Part shown: positions 50,452 through 60,911 of the stretch, one piece after another | Position numbering within the stretch: the stretch's first letter is position 1 | How the letters are laid out: each line of letters starts with the position of its first letter | Source: Nitrosopumilus sp. | Lineage (GTDB): Archaea; Thermoproteota; Nitrososphaeria; Nitrososphaerales; Nitrosopumilaceae | Reading direction: 5' to 3' | Assembly: GCA_965219345.1 (NCBI GenBank) | Contig: OZ244732.1 | Coordinates: forward strand, 288,001-352,000 | Length of the DNA stretch: 64,000 nt | The notes under the pieces: generated by a model | What the model saw: the letters and a program-made list of their open reading frames with translations, nothing else | Database searches by the model: none | What the model was told of the DNA's origin: nothing | Position numbers and translations under genes: made by a program

Positions 50452-50797
50452 ATCATTCTAAACTCTTTTTGTTTTTCTAAAAATGACCAAAATGGACTAG
50501 AAAATATAAGGAAAATTCCACTCTTCTTATGTTTCAAACTCATATAGTTAATGTACGAACGTCCTAATTCGTAAAGAATATTCGTTGGACAGAATAGAGC
50601 GTGTTTCAACGATGGCCTTTTTTCATATAATCAAGTATATTGATTATGTAACCATTCGTGAATTGTGATTTTTGGCATTATACATGGTGTTGTGATACAG
50701 TTGAATGTTTCAAATTCATCTATTAACGGAACAAAAAATATTACAATTAATGCAAAAATTACAGTTCCAATGATAATTACTATATTTCTGTTCATAA

Positions 50798-51331
50798 TCA
50801 AAGCCCCATGGCTTCACCAAAGTAATATCCAGACAGAATTGTTCCAGCGGACCAAATACAGGAACCCGCAAATGTGTACATTACAAACTTTGGAATTCTC
50901 ATTTTTAGCAGCCCCGCTGGAACTGAAATCATTTCTCTCATTACTGGAATCATTCTCCCTACAAAAACAGCTTTATCTCCATATTTTTCAAACCAGATCT
51001 CAACTCGTTCGAGTTTTTTTTCTGATACCTTGACATTTTTTAGATAACGAAGTAAAACTACTCTTCCAAGTTTTAGTGCTATAAAATAAATTGCTGAAGT
51101 TCCAATGGTAGCGCCAATTCCACCAAGAATAATCATAGGGATTACACCAATTAATGATATCCCTTGTTGTGATGCCAAGAATCCTGCTGTTGGAAATATA
51201 GCAAGAGTAGGGATTGGCGGAATTATTGTTTCAATTAAGGCAGCTAAAAAGATTCCTTCGTAGAGATGTTCACCTAAAAATTCCGTGACCCATACCAAAA
51301 ACGAATCAAATGGTTCCATTTCTTCTGGCAA
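50798..51331 (-). CDS. DedA-family membrane protein
   Basis: ETIIPPIP, WFEKYG..FVGRMIP..SVPAG. Confidence 0.9.
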   Translation of the reverse strand: MPEEMEPFDSFLVWVTEFLGEHLYEGIFLAALIETIIPPIPTLAIFPTAGFLASQQGISLIGVIPMIILGGIGATIGTSAIYFIALKLGRVVLLRYLKNVKVSEKKLERVEIWFEKYGDKAVFVGRMIPVMREMISVPAGLLKMRIPKFVMYTFAGSCIWSAGTILSGYYFGEAMGL

Positions 51332-51450
51332 TTAGATCCTACTAAATTACCTTGTGGGTAGAAACTCATACAGATTAGTTATATTTTATGCCTAAGGATT
51401 GGGGTTTAATTTGGTAAATTTGATATATACTAATTTCATATGGCACAATC

Positions 51451-52140
51451 ATGAACAAGTCTTTACCAATTATTGCAGTTATAATAGTTGGAGCAATTTC
51501 TGCATATGCACTTTCCCCATACTTTACTGAATCAACAATAGATGAAGCAGTTCCAACTGGCGCCCTCATTCACTCAGAGATTGAGGAGGCTATGGAGGAA
51601 ACTGTGATGGAGGAAACTGTGATGGAGGAAACTGTGATGGAGGAAACTGTGATGGAGGAAACTGTGATGGAGGAAACTGTGATGGAGGAAACTGTGATGG
51701 AGGAAACTGTGATGGAGGAAACTGTGATGGAGGAAACTGTGATGGAGGAAACTGTGATGGAGGAAACTGTGATGGAGGAAACTGTGATGGAGGAAACTGT
51801 GATGGAGGAAACTATTCCAATATCTTATGCTGGAACATTCATCGGTGTTGGTGATGGAATTCATGATGCACAGGGAGACGCATATACAATTCCATTAGAA
51901 GACGGAAGTACTGTACTAAGATTAGAGAACTTCCAATCAACTAACGGTCCAGACTTGTTTGTCTACTTATCAACAGATGATAATGCATCAGAGTTTATCA
52001 ATCTAGGAGAATTAAAAGCAAACAAAGGAAACCAAAATTATGAAATTCCAGACAATGTTGATCTTGGCAAATACGACAAAGTTCTGATTTGGTGTAAAGC
52101 ATTTAGTGTTTTGTTTGGAAGTGCAGAATTATCAACATGA
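51451..52140 (+). CDS. DM13-domain secreted protein with (MEETV)n linker
   Basis: LRLENF..NGPDLFVYLS..LKANKGNQNY..IWCKAFSVLFG. Confidence 0.9.
   Translation: MNKSLPIIAVIIVGAISAYALSPYFTESTIDEAVPTGALIHSEIEEAMEETVMEETVMEETVMEETVMEETVMEETVMEETVMEETVMEETVMEETVMEETVMEETVMEETVMEETVMEETIPISYAGTFIGVGDGIHDAQGDAYTIPLEDGSTVLRLENFQSTNGPDLFVYLSTDDNASEFINLGELKANKGNQNYEIPDNVDLGKYDKVLIWCKAFSVLFGSAELST
51592..51813 (+). repeat. Perfect 15-nt VNTR (atggaggaaactgtg) x about 15
   Basis: 14 identical MEETV units plus MEETI. Confidence 0.97.
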
Positions 52141-52433
52141 ATAAAATATATAGTCTACAAAAATGCGAATAATATGGCAGAAGCAGGAATTGCGGCGTTT
52201 AGTGCAACAGTGGGAGTTGCAATTTCATTAGCAATTGTTTGTTTTGTACTAAGAGGTAGAGGACATGCAAATGGAACTCATAATCATGATTATGATAAAG
52301 TTACAACAGATGATTCTCATGTACATGTTGATAAATAGATAAAGAATTAGAAGATCTGTTACAAATAATTTGGCATAATATGGCAAAATAATTCCGTCTA
52401 AATTAATAATCAGAAAGATCCCAAAATCTACAA

Positions 52434-52850
52434 TTGAGCTACAAGTTTCTAGATCATGCAACTGATGCAATAATTGAGGTTACAGCAAAAGACCTGAAAG
52501 AAGCATTTTTAGTCACAGCTGATGCAGTGATAAATCTAACACTTGATCAAAACAAAGTAGAAGAAATAGATCAAAAAGAGTTTTCTGCACAAGGAAAAGA
52601 CCTGAGCTATCTTCTATTTAGTTGGCTAGAAGAGATTACTTTCGTTCTAATCACTGAAGGATTTGCAATAAAGAGAATTGAGTTAGATATTGAGAAAGAT
52701 GAGATCTATAAAATAATTGCAAAGGCATATGGCGAGCCTCTTGATTTTCACAAACACAATTTTAAAGTGGAAATCAAGGCACCAACATTTCATGATATGG
52801 AGATTAGGCAAGAAAAAGGCGTTTTTATGAGATTTTTGCTTGATTTGTGA
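52434..52850 (+). CDS. Archease
   Basis: YKFLDHATD, EIKAPTFH, C-terminal LDL. Confidence 0.92.
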   Translation: MSYKFLDHATDAIIEVTAKDLKEAFLVTADAVINLTLDQNKVEEIDQKEFSAQGKDLSYLLFSWLEEITFVLITEGFAIKRIELDIEKDEIYKIIAKAYGEPLDFHKHNFKVEIKAPTFHDMEIRQEKGVFMRFLLDL

Positions 52851-52928
52851 TTTTAGTGAATTATTCTTTGCAATAAACAAGAAGAAGTTATACGCGTTTT
52901 TTAAAAATGAACTCTGAGAATTAATATT

Positions 52929-54545
52929 GTGCGAACAAAAATAGGATTATTTGCGATATTTTCGTTATTTGCATTAATGATATTACCAGTCTATGCAGAG
53001 GTTACTACACTCACTTTGGAAAAAAATTTTTACATTGTTAATGAAAAGATTTCATTTTCTGGAACAGAAAATGAGGGAAGAAAAATAGTCACAGTAATTA
53101 TAAAAGATAATAATGGAAATACACAACTGCTTGGTGGTTTTTCAGATTCTGAAGGAAAGTATGAGACAATCCCACAAAGTGTAGGAAGTATTTTTTCAAT
53201 AAATGGAATTTACAATGTAACAGCATTTGATACAGAAGATAGAATTGAAGAAGGAGTATCAATGCAACTAGAGTTTGATGGAGAGAAAGTTTTTGAGGCT
53301 CCTGACTTTGTGTTACAACTAAGAGTAATTTCAGACTATTCAGTTGAAGTAGAAAAAACAATTACATTTACAGCTAGTCTTGTAGATAGTTCAGTTGAGG
53401 ATGCAGTATTTAGTTTAGATAAAGCACCTTCAGATGCTACAATAGATCCAAGTTCTGGAAAATTTGTTTGGGCTGTATCTAAATCATATGGAAGTTTCAA
53501 AGACCAGTCATATTCTTTTGATATTGTTGTAAACAGTGGAGCTCAAGAAGATAGAGAAAATATCACAATTACTGTAAAGCAGACATATGTTGAACCAAAA
53601 ATAACAGAGTCTGAACCAGAAACAAAAGAATTACAAGTTCCAGCTCCATTTGTTGATGAAACAAAGGAACCACAGAGCTATGTTGATAGATACAACAATG
53701 AGGCAAGTTACAAAAAGTGGTTTGATGATAATTATCCAGAATATGCCTCAATTTATGAGGCTGTAGGGTTAGAAGAACCATTACAAGTTCCAGCTCCATT
53801 TGTTGATGAAACAAAGGAACCACAGAGCTATGTTGATAGATACAACAATGAGGCAAGTTACAAAAAGTGGTTTGATGATAATTATCCGGAATATGCCTCA
53901 ATTTATGAGGCTGTAGGGTTAATACGACCATTACAAGTTCCAGCTCCATTTGTTGATGAAACAAAGGAACCACAGAGCTATGTTGATAGATACAACAATG
54001 AGGCAAGTTACAAAAAGTGGTTTGATGATAATTATCCGGAATATGCCTCAATTTATGAGGCTGTAGGGTTAGAAGAACCAATAATTGAAGAACCAGAGTT
54101 TGGTGAATGTGGTGAAGGAACAAAGCTAATTGATGGTAAATGTACAGTTGTTGTAACAAAAAGTAAGGGAGGAGGTTGTCTAATTGCAACTGCCGCATAT
54201 GGCTCCGAGATGGCACCACAAGTTCAATTCCTCAGAGAAATTCGTGACAACCAGTTAATGAATACTGATTCTGGTGTATCGTTCATGACAGGTTTCAATC
54301 AAGTCTACTATTCTTTCTCACCAACAATTGCTGACATGCAAAGGGAAAACCCAATATTCAAAGAAGCAGTAAGGATTGGAATAACCCCACTATTATCATC
54401 ACTGTCAATCATGTCACATGCTGAATCTGAGTCAGAAGTTCTAGGATATGGTATTGGTGTAATTTTGATGAACATTGGAATGTATTTTGGAGTACCAGCT
54501 ATGTTGTTTTACGGAATTAAAAAAGTTAGACGAGTTAAGTTTTAA
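52929..54545 (+). CDS. Surface protein with CFI-box C-terminal domain and 50-aa repeats
   Basis: Signal peptide, Ig-like region, GGGCLIATAAYGSE..LREIRD, C-terminal TM. Confidence 0.88.
   Translation: MRTKIGLFAIFSLFALMILPVYAEVTTLTLEKNFYIVNEKISFSGTENEGRKIVTVIIKDNNGNTQLLGGFSDSEGKYETIPQSVGSIFSINGIYNVTAFDTEDRIEEGVSMQLEFDGEKVFEAPDFVLQLRVISDYSVEVEKTITFTASLVDSSVEDAVFSLDKAPSDATIDPSSGKFVWAVSKSYGSFKDQSYSFDIVVNSGAQEDRENITITVKQTYVEPKITESEPETKELQVPAPFVDETKEPQSYVDRYNNEASYKKWFDDNYPEYASIYEAVGLEEPLQVPAPFVDETKEPQSYVDRYNNEASYKKWFDDNYPEYASIYEAVGLIRPLQVPAPFVDETKEPQSYVDRYNNEASYKKWFDDNYPEYASIYEAVGLEEPIIEEPEFGECGEGTKLIDGKCTVVVTKSKGGGCLIATAAYGSEMAPQVQFLREIRDNQLMNTDSGVSFMTGFNQVYYSFSPTIADMQRENPIFKEAVRIGITPLLSSLSIMSHAESESEVLGYGIGVILMNIGMYFGVPAMLFYGIKKVRRVKF
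53631..54080 (+). repeat. 3 x 150-nt near-identical coding repeat
   Basis: LQVPAPFVDETKEPQSYVDRYNNEASYKKWFDDNYPEYASIYEAVGL starting at 53631, 53781, 53931. Confidence 0.95.
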
Positions 54546-54569
54546 TCACAATACTTTTTGATTGTCATT

Positions 54570-54716
54570 ATGGGAAGACTAGACAAAAATCTCCGAATTT
54601 GTGGTGAGTGTGGTATTGTATATACTTCTGTTAGCTTTACAAAATACATTAATCAGTGTCCCATGTGTAAATCAAGAAGATTTGAGGCAGTTATTAGAAA
54701 ATCAGATAGTGATTAA
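54570..54716 (+). CDS. Small Zn-ribbon protein
   Basis: MGRLDKNLRICGECG..QCPMCKSRRF (48 aa); not in ORF track. Confidence 0.65.
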   Translation: MGRLDKNLRICGECGIVYTSVSFTKYINQCPMCKSRRFEAVIRKSDSD

Positions 54717-54760
54717 TTTTTTAACATAGATTTTTTAGTATAACTGATTTTTGAGATATA

Positions 54761-55162
54761 ATGTCCGAAGATCCAGAAATTGAGAAAATAAAGCAGAGAA
54801 AACTTGAAGAGATGCTTAGACAGCAGAATCAGCCAAGAATTGAGCCTGGAATAGTAGATTTGAATGACTCCAATTTTGACCAAATAATATCAGCTGAGAA
54901 TCCAACATTGGTGGATTTTTGGGCAGAGTGGTGCGGTCCATGCAAGACGATGCATCCAGTTTTTGAGAGTCTGTCAAAAAACTATCCAAAAATTAAATTT
55001 GCAAGAGTCAATGTTGATAATAATCAAAACATTTCAATGAAATTTGCAGTTCAATCAATTCCTACATTTATCATGTTCAAGTCAGGACAGGTTGTAGATA
55101 AAATGATGGGAGCAGTTGGAGCACCTGGAATTCATATGATTTGTAAAAAGTATTCAAACTAA
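54761..55162 (+). CDS. trxA: Thioredoxin
   Basis: DFWAEWCGPC. Confidence 0.95.
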   Translation: MSEDPEIEKIKQRKLEEMLRQQNQPRIEPGIVDLNDSNFDQIISAENPTLVDFWAEWCGPCKTMHPVFESLSKNYPKIKFARVNVDNNQNISMKFAVQSIPTFIMFKSGQVVDKMMGAVGAPGIHMICKKYSN

Positions 55163-56940
55163 TAGGCATATGCCGGTTCTTTTTCTCGTTGAATCCTAAC
55201 TATTTCATTTAGAATTTTTTGTTCTTCAGGATTTAGTTTATGCATGAATCTGTTGAGTAGTTGTCTTGCCTCATGTGATGGTGGAAATGTATAGTATACT
55301 TCTTCTTCAAAGATTTGTCTGCCGATTGTGACATCTTGAACGGAACAAGCAACCTCATCTCCTGTTTTTGCAGTACTTACTGTCTTTTTATCAAGCTGAA
55401 GCTGATGAATACTTCCAACCTTTCTTCCAGCCATATTCATAAATGGGATTTTATGCTTTAGAGTTCCTACATCCACACGAATTCCAAAGACTGCAGGATT
55501 ATTATTTCGAAAAACCATTCCTTTAAGGAAAGTAAATTTTGAGATTGGAATTAATTCTGAAAAGATTGCATCATCTTCATTTGCAGTGTCTTCTTCAACC
55601 CAAGCAGTATAATTGTCAATTAAACTATAGATAACTTTGTCTTCAAACACTTTGATATGACTATCTTCTGATTCTTCTTTTGCATTAGGCAGAACCTTTA
55701 CATTAAATGACAAAACAACTCCAAGATGCCTATCTTTTTCTTTGATTGCTTTTGCCTCTACTACATCTCGTCTATTAACAGGACCAATATCGGCTTTGGC
55801 AACAGGAACTTGGGAGCGTCTAAGCATCTCGAGTATAGCTTCAAGTGAGCCTATAGTATCACATTTGAGGATAATACCATCAGTTTCAGTGTCAATAAAC
55901 ATAGATTTCATCTCAGATTCGATGAGTTTGGTAAATTTTTCAATCTCTTCATCATTTGATGCAACATAAAGAGTACTTCCTGGAAGAACTCCTTCAAGAT
56001 CAGGGGATGCAATTTTGAGTCCAGCAGCTGCATCTACTTGTGCAACTGGTTTGAATTTGTCCCGAGGATCTCGCATCTCATCAAGAGGTTTTGGTAAAAG
56101 TAACGCCTTTGGTTTTATAACAACTACCGAATCTCTTTTAGCTACAACAATGCTATTTTCTTTTTTGACTGTTCCATCAATTAGAATGATATTTGCCGTT
56201 TGCCCTAATCCGACCTCATCCTTTACCTCTAAGACAATGCCGCGTGGATCTTTTTCTTCTTGGTTGAGTCTTTTTTGAAGATACTGTTGTGTCAGTCCTA
56301 CTAGCACACTAAGCAGTTCTGGAATTCCAACTCCAGATCGTGCAGAAATTGGAACTATTGCAATTTCTGATTTAAAGTCCTTAACACGATAAAATGCTTC
56401 GGATTGATATCCCAAAATAGAAAGGGTACCCACTACATCGTAGATCTTTTGATCAAGATCAGCTTGAATTGATGCATCTTGGTCTTTTATTGCCTGTGAG
56501 ATAAACAAAGATTCAGATTTTCTCCACCCAGAAATTTGATCACATTTGTTAAGTGCAACTACAAATGGAACTTTTCTATTCTGTAAAATTTTCAAGCTTT
56601 CATTTGTTTGTGGTTGAAATCCGCGATTAACATCAACTACAAGAATTGCAATGTCAGCTGCTGAACCTCCTCTGGAACGAAGATTTGTAAAAACTTCGTG
56701 TCCAGGAGTATCAATAACTAAAATTCCTGGAACCTTGTTTTCAGATTCCTCAAGTTTCTTGTATAAAATACCACATGTTTCTTTGATGGTTTCAGTTGGA
56801 AGAAAGCTAGCACCAATATGTTGGGTTATTCCGCCTGCTTCTCTACCTTGAACTCCCGTACCACGGATTCTGTCTAAAAGAGATGTTTTACCAGAGTCTA
56901 CGTGACCAAGAACTGCCACTATGGGCTGACGAATTTGCAA
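55159..56940 (-). CDS. infB: Translation initiation factor IF-2/aIF5B
   Basis: GHVDSGKT, EAGGITQHIGA, DTPGHE, NKCD. Confidence 0.96.
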   Translation of the reverse strand: MQIRQPIVAVLGHVDSGKTSLLDRIRGTGVQGREAGGITQHIGASFLPTETIKETCGILYKKLEESENKVPGILVIDTPGHEVFTNLRSRGGSAADIAILVVDVNRGFQPQTNESLKILQNRKVPFVVALNKCDQISGWRKSESLFISQAIKDQDASIQADLDQKIYDVVGTLSILGYQSEAFYRVKDFKSEIAIVPISARSGVGIPELLSVLVGLTQQYLQKRLNQEEKDPRGIVLEVKDEVGLGQTANIILIDGTVKKENSIVVAKRDSVVVIKPKALLLPKPLDEMRDPRDKFKPVAQVDAAAGLKIASPDLEGVLPGSTLYVASNDEEIEKFTKLIESEMKSMFIDTETDGIILKCDTIGSLEAILEMLRRSQVPVAKADIGPVNRRDVVEAKAIKEKDRHLGVVLSFNVKVLPNAKEESEDSHIKVFEDKVIYSLIDNYTAWVEEDTANEDDAIFSELIPISKFTFLKGMVFRNNNPAVFGIRVDVGTLKHKIPFMNMAGRKVGSIHQLQLDKKTVSTAKTGDEVACSVQDVTIGRQIFEEEVYYTFPPSHEARQLLNRFMHKLNPEEQKILNEIVRIQREKEPAYAY

Positions 56941-56946
56941 ATCAGA

Positions 56947-57348
56947 TCACTCAAATGCTACCCTCGATTCGTGATCAAAACTTTCTTGTGAATCTGATGC
57001 ATGAATAATATTTTCGCTAAATCCTAGTCCAAAGTCTCCCCTGATGGAACCAGGTTCTGCTTCAAATGATTTTGTTGCGCCAACCATAATTCTAGTTGTA
57101 GCAATTGCATTATTTCCTTCAATGATTGCTGCAACTACAGGTCCCGATGTGATATATGACATCAATTCACCAAAGAATGGTTTGTCTTTGTGAACATCAT
57201 AGAATTTCTCTGCCTGTTCTTGAGTAAATGTAAACATCTTCAGTTTCAAAATTTTAAATCCTTTTCTTTCAAATCTTGAGACAACTTTGCCAACTAGATT
57301 TCTATCTACTCCATCCGGCTTTACAATGAACAGGGTTTTTTCAGACAA
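56947..57348 (-). CDS. ndk: Nucleoside diphosphate kinase
   Basis: VKPDG, PGSIRGDF, NIIHASDS. Confidence 0.96.
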   Translation of the reverse strand: MSEKTLFIVKPDGVDRNLVGKVVSRFERKGFKILKLKMFTFTQEQAEKFYDVHKDKPFFGELMSYITSGPVVAAIIEGNNAIATTRIMVGATKSFEAEPGSIRGDFGLGFSENIIHASDSQESFDHESRVAFE

Positions 57349-57350
57349 TT

Positions 57351-57551
57351 TTACTTCTTTCTAATTCCGCCTTTAACGTGTTTTTTGGTCCATTTTAATT
57401 TTCTTGGATCACGTTTTAGAACTAGTGCGTTTTTTTTGCATTTAGAAGAACAAAACCACAAAACAGTTCCATCATTTTTAGCAAGCATAGTACCAGAACC
57501 TTTTGGAACTGGTTTGTCACAGAAATTACAAGGTTTAGCTAAAAGACTCAT
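57351..57551 (-). CDS. rpl24e: 50S ribosomal protein L24e
   Basis: CNFC..FCSSKC..PRKLKWT. Confidence 0.95.
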   Translation of the reverse strand: MSLLAKPCNFCDKPVPKGSGTMLAKNDGTVLWFCSSKCKKNALVLKRDPRKLKWTKKHVKGGIRKK

Positions 57552-57559
57552 CTGTTCAC

Positions 57560-57772
57560 CTATTTGATCTTCTTTGCTTCTCTCTCTGTTTCTCTTAGCA
57601 TTAGAATCTCTCCTTCTCTAACAGAACCTTTGACATTTCTTGTAAGAATTCGTCCTTTATCATTTCCTGTAAGAACTTTGACTCTAACTTGAATTACTTC
57701 ACCAGCAATACCAGTTCGTCCAACAATTTGAATAATTTCAGATTGAACTACCTGATCAGTTGTAGAACTCAT
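57560..57772 (-). CDS. rps28e: 30S ribosomal protein S28e
   Basis: [19 protein letters not shown]. Confidence 0.95.
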   Translation of the reverse strand: MSSTTDQVVQSEIIQIVGRTGIAGEVIQVRVKVLTGNDKGRILTRNVKGSVREGEILMLRETEREAKKIK

Positions 57773-58155
57773 TGATCAGTCTTGCCACCTTTGATTTTAG
57801 AAATTGTTTCTACAATTTGATCTACTATGTGTTGTGCATCACCAGCATCCAAAATAGCTGCAGCCGCTGAAGTAATCTCAATTCCTAATGAACTACCTAA
57901 TTCTTGCTTAGTTGGAACAAATACAAATGCTGCACCCTGTTCCTCACATAGAATTGGAAGATGAGCTACTACCTCAGGTGGTTCAACGTCTTCGGCTATA
58001 ACAATCAGTTTGCTTGAACCACGTTCGATTGCTTTGGTGGCTTCATTGGTTCCTTTTTTGACTTTACCGCTGGTAGCTGCTACTCTAAGTGCCTCTAAAA
58101 TTGGACTTACAAGGTCCTCTGGCGTCTCAAATTTAACGTAATAAGGTTTTCCCAT
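57769..58155 (-). CDS. rpl7ae: 50S ribosomal protein L7Ae
   Basis: [22 protein letters not shown]. Confidence 0.96.
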   Translation of the reverse strand: MGKPYYVKFETPEDLVSPILEALRVAATSGKVKKGTNEATKAIERGSSKLIVIAEDVEPPEVVAHLPILCEEQGAAFVFVPTKQELGSSLGIEITSAAAAILDAGDAQHIVDQIVETISKIKGGKTDQ

Positions 58156-58216
58156 ACTTCGTCACCCTAGGGTTCATTCTCCATTCCATTCATCGATTCG
58201 TTTGGTATTAAAAGTG

Positions 58217-59575
58217 TTATCTGGAAATTATAGACTTTATCTTGTTGAGATATTCAGACATCAAAGTGTCTAGTTGCTCTTGACTTTCAGCTTCTGCATA
58301 AATTCTAACAATCGGTTCTGTTCCGCTAGGTCTAATCATTACCCAATTTTTAGGATCAGTTGTAATTTTGATACCGTCAGTTGTATCGGAACTTGGGAAT
58401 TCTTCTTTTAGTGAGGAAATCAGTTTTGAAACATTTTCAGGAGAACATGAAACCTTGTCTTTGGTAGTGAAAGAAGGAGGCAAACTGGCAATTTCATCGG
58501 ATAGAGATGTTCCTCTAGTCAAAAGGTCAAGCATTAATGCCAAAGTCATACAACCGTCTCTAACTTGATTGTGCCTTCCATACATGTAACCGCCATTTTC
58601 TTCAAATCCTATTAACGCATCAGTGTGAATCATTTTTCTTGATACTTCAACGCTACCTATTTTGGTGCGAATAACTTTTGAATTAAATTTATCAGCTAAA
58701 ACTTCAATATTAGAACCTGAATTCAAACAAGTAACAATCAAAGAGTTTTGATTTTTCTTTAATATATGCTGAGTAAGAACAAGTGCAGATTTATCGCCAG
58801 TTAATATATTACCTTTATTGTCACAAAAAATACTTCGATCTCCATCTCCATCAAATGCTATTCCAAAATCAGCATTGTTTTCTGTTACAGTCTTGGAAAG
58901 TTCAGAAAGATTTTGTGGTGTTGGTTCTGATCCACGTCCTGAAAATTTTCCATCAATACTCTGATTGACAAGAAGGGTTTCACATTGCATCATTTTACAA
59001 AAATCAGGTGCAGAAACTGCCTGTGCACCATTTCCTAAATCCAAAACAACTTTGAAATTTTTTGATTCTATTAATTTAGAATCAACTTGAGATACAATTC
59101 CTTTTAGATACGTTTCAATTGCTCTTTCTTCTTTTCCTGTAGTACCCCAATTTTTGGTATTCTTAATCCAACTTTTTTGCAGATAGATATCTTCAATTAT
59201 TAATTCATCTTCTCGTGAAATCTCAACCCCATCTTTGGCAGCAGGTTTGATTCCATTGTATTGAGGAGGATTGTGAGAAGCAGTAATCATAATTCCACCA
59301 GAATATCCCAGAGTCTTTACTGCAAATTGAAGACAGGGTGTTGGAATAATTCCTGTAACATTACAATCAATTCCTATTGAACTAAGAGCAGAACTTACAA
59401 CTTTGGAAATTGCTGGACTTGATTCTCTTCCATCAAAACTAATCAGTACTGGTCCCCTTTCAAAATAGGTTCCAATAGCTAGAGTCATATCATGAACAAA
59501 TTCTAATGTAAAGTCTTCAGAAAATACTCCACGAATTCCATTAGTTCCAAAAAATTTTGCCATGATGTTACTCAA
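58217..59575 (-). CDS. glmM: Phosphoglucosamine mutase / phosphohexomutase
   Basis: FGTNGIRG, TASHNP, DGDGDR, RPSGTEP. Confidence 0.85.
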   Translation of the reverse strand: MSNIMAKFFGTNGIRGVFSEDFTLEFVHDMTLAIGTYFERGPVLISFDGRESSPAISKVVSSALSSIGIDCNVTGIIPTPCLQFAVKTLGYSGGIMITASHNPPQYNGIKPAAKDGVEISREDELIIEDIYLQKSWIKNTKNWGTTGKEERAIETYLKGIVSQVDSKLIESKNFKVVLDLGNGAQAVSAPDFCKMMQCETLLVNQSIDGKFSGRGSEPTPQNLSELSKTVTENNADFGIAFDGDGDRSIFCDNKGNILTGDKSALVLTQHILKKNQNSLIVTCLNSGSNIEVLADKFNSKVIRTKIGSVEVSRKMIHTDALIGFEENGGYMYGRHNQVRDGCMTLALMLDLLTRGTSLSDEIASLPPSFTTKDKVSCSPENVSKLISSLKEEFPSSDTTDGIKITTDPKNWVMIRPSGTEPIVRIYAEAESQEQLDTLMSEYLNKIKSIISR

Positions 59576-60238
59576 TAATAGATAAATTTGTGGGTATCTA
59601 TCTAGACCATATAACGTTAAAAAAATGGCGCCAAGTACATCATCAGTTTTTATCCACAGGTAAAAAATGCCAAGAATCCTGATGTAGTACTTTTCAGACT
59701 GACACTTTCAAAAGACGGACTAAGGAGACTCTCAAAGATTGCCTAGTCAGACGATGTTGTGGTAATTGAGTAGTTACAATAATCAGATAAGAGGAGTTAA
59801 GGTACTATGAAGCAGAGTTTAAAATATCATCAATTATTTTTACATAAATCAGTCGATCTGTAGCATAAGAAGAAATCAATCGAATACGTAGCAAAACTAT
59901 ATTTTTCATATTTAGGGTCATACTAAGGTCAGCAGTAAGGTGTCGATGGTAAGAAGTAAAAGAATTACAAGCACAGTTACAAGCAAATGAAGAAAAAATG
60001 CAAACCCAGGAAGAGAAAATGTAGGCAATGGGAGATGAGAAGAAAACTCGTGACGATAAAGAAAAACACGAGATGGCCGCAAAGATCGCAAATTATGAAA
60101 AAGACTCTAAGAAAATTTTACAAAATAATTGGGAAAAGATTAAATCTGAATATCAAACTCAATTAACAGAATACAACAAGGAATATTTTTACAGTTAACT
60201 AGCATAGAATTGAACAAGTAAATCATTCATGATTTAGA

Positions 60239-60454
60239 TTACAATAATTCAAGAAACTCTTTTTTTGTCAATCTACAATCAGAAATTATTTGTAATATCA
60301 ATCCCTTTCCAAGTTCTTTTTTTCTGGGAACTGAAGCTCATAACCCATTACCATTTTCAACTATAATGTGACTTCCAGATTGTCTTATAGGATAAAAATC
60401 TCTTTTTCGTAATGCTTTGAGTATCTCTCTGTACTCAATAACAGGAAGACTCAA
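60239..60454 (-). pseudogene. hicA: HicA toxin with internal TGA
   Basis: TTG start overlapping the hicB stop; LPVIEYREILKALRKRDF..RQSGSHII..GL*ASVP..LTKKEFLELL; stop at 60338-60340; not in ORF track. Confidence 0.8.
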
Positions 60455-60660
60455 AGTGACACGGTGACTAATTTTGAAGCCAAATTTTTCTTCTTATCTT
60501 CAAGATATGACTTGCACAATTTGATTGCCTTTTTGGTATCTATAATTGCTTCTTGTTTTGTGCCGCCTTGTCCTCTAGCTTGTGTAATTTCCAGACAGTA
60601 ACCAACATAAAATTCCCCATCTTTCTTGACTAGAATGTTGCAATCCTTCTTTTTACTCAT
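60451..60660 (-). CDS. hicB: HicB-family antitoxin (short form)
   Basis: DGEFYVGYCLEI..GQGGTKQEAI..AIKLC. Confidence 0.75.
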   Translation of the reverse strand: MSKKKDCNILVKKDGEFYVGYCLEITQARGQGGTKQEAIIDTKKAIKLCKSYLEDKKKNLASKLVTVSL

Positions 60661-60771
60661 ATTTTTCATACGGCTTTTAATTATGTAAAATAGATCTGAA
60701 ATCCGTATTAAAAATTTGAGTTTAACTATTGTCTCACAACAGTTAACTTTGTGTTTAATGGCATGTCCGTT

Positions 60772-60856
60772 GCGGGAGTCGCCCAGCCTGGTCAAAGGCG
60801 TAGGGCTTAGGACCCTATCTCTTAGGAGTTCGTGGGTTCGAATCCCACCTCCCGCA
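60772..60856 (+). tRNA. tRNA-Leu (TAG)
   Basis: GCGGGAG..CTCCCGC-A; TAGGG-CTTAGGA-CCCTA; long variable arm. Confidence 0.95.
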
Positions 60857-60911
60857 CCTTTCTGATTTCTGTGAATGATTAATAATGAGAAAATATCCAA
60901 CAAACAAGGTC

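Noticed and set aside
51574-51864. His-rich (HHSFL)n ORF on the minus strand
   Set aside because: Shadow of the MEETV VNTR in the DM13 gene.
53569-54219. 216-aa minus-strand repeat ORF and other antisense ORFs in the track
   Set aside because: They overlap well-supported genes on the opposite strand and have no recognisable motifs.
60338-60340. In-frame TGA/TAG stops in hicA, MTase and thermonuclease as evidence of recoding or dCTP-deaminase-driven mutagenesis
   Set aside because: Core genes use all three stops normally, and ordinary C-to-T/G-to-A mutational bias in decaying genes explains them.
60661-60903. N-terminal extension of the 60451..60903 ORF across tRNA-Leu, suggesting another split integrase
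   Set aside because: It is an antisense read-through of the tRNA. The recognisable protein is HicB starting near 60660, with no integrase motifs.
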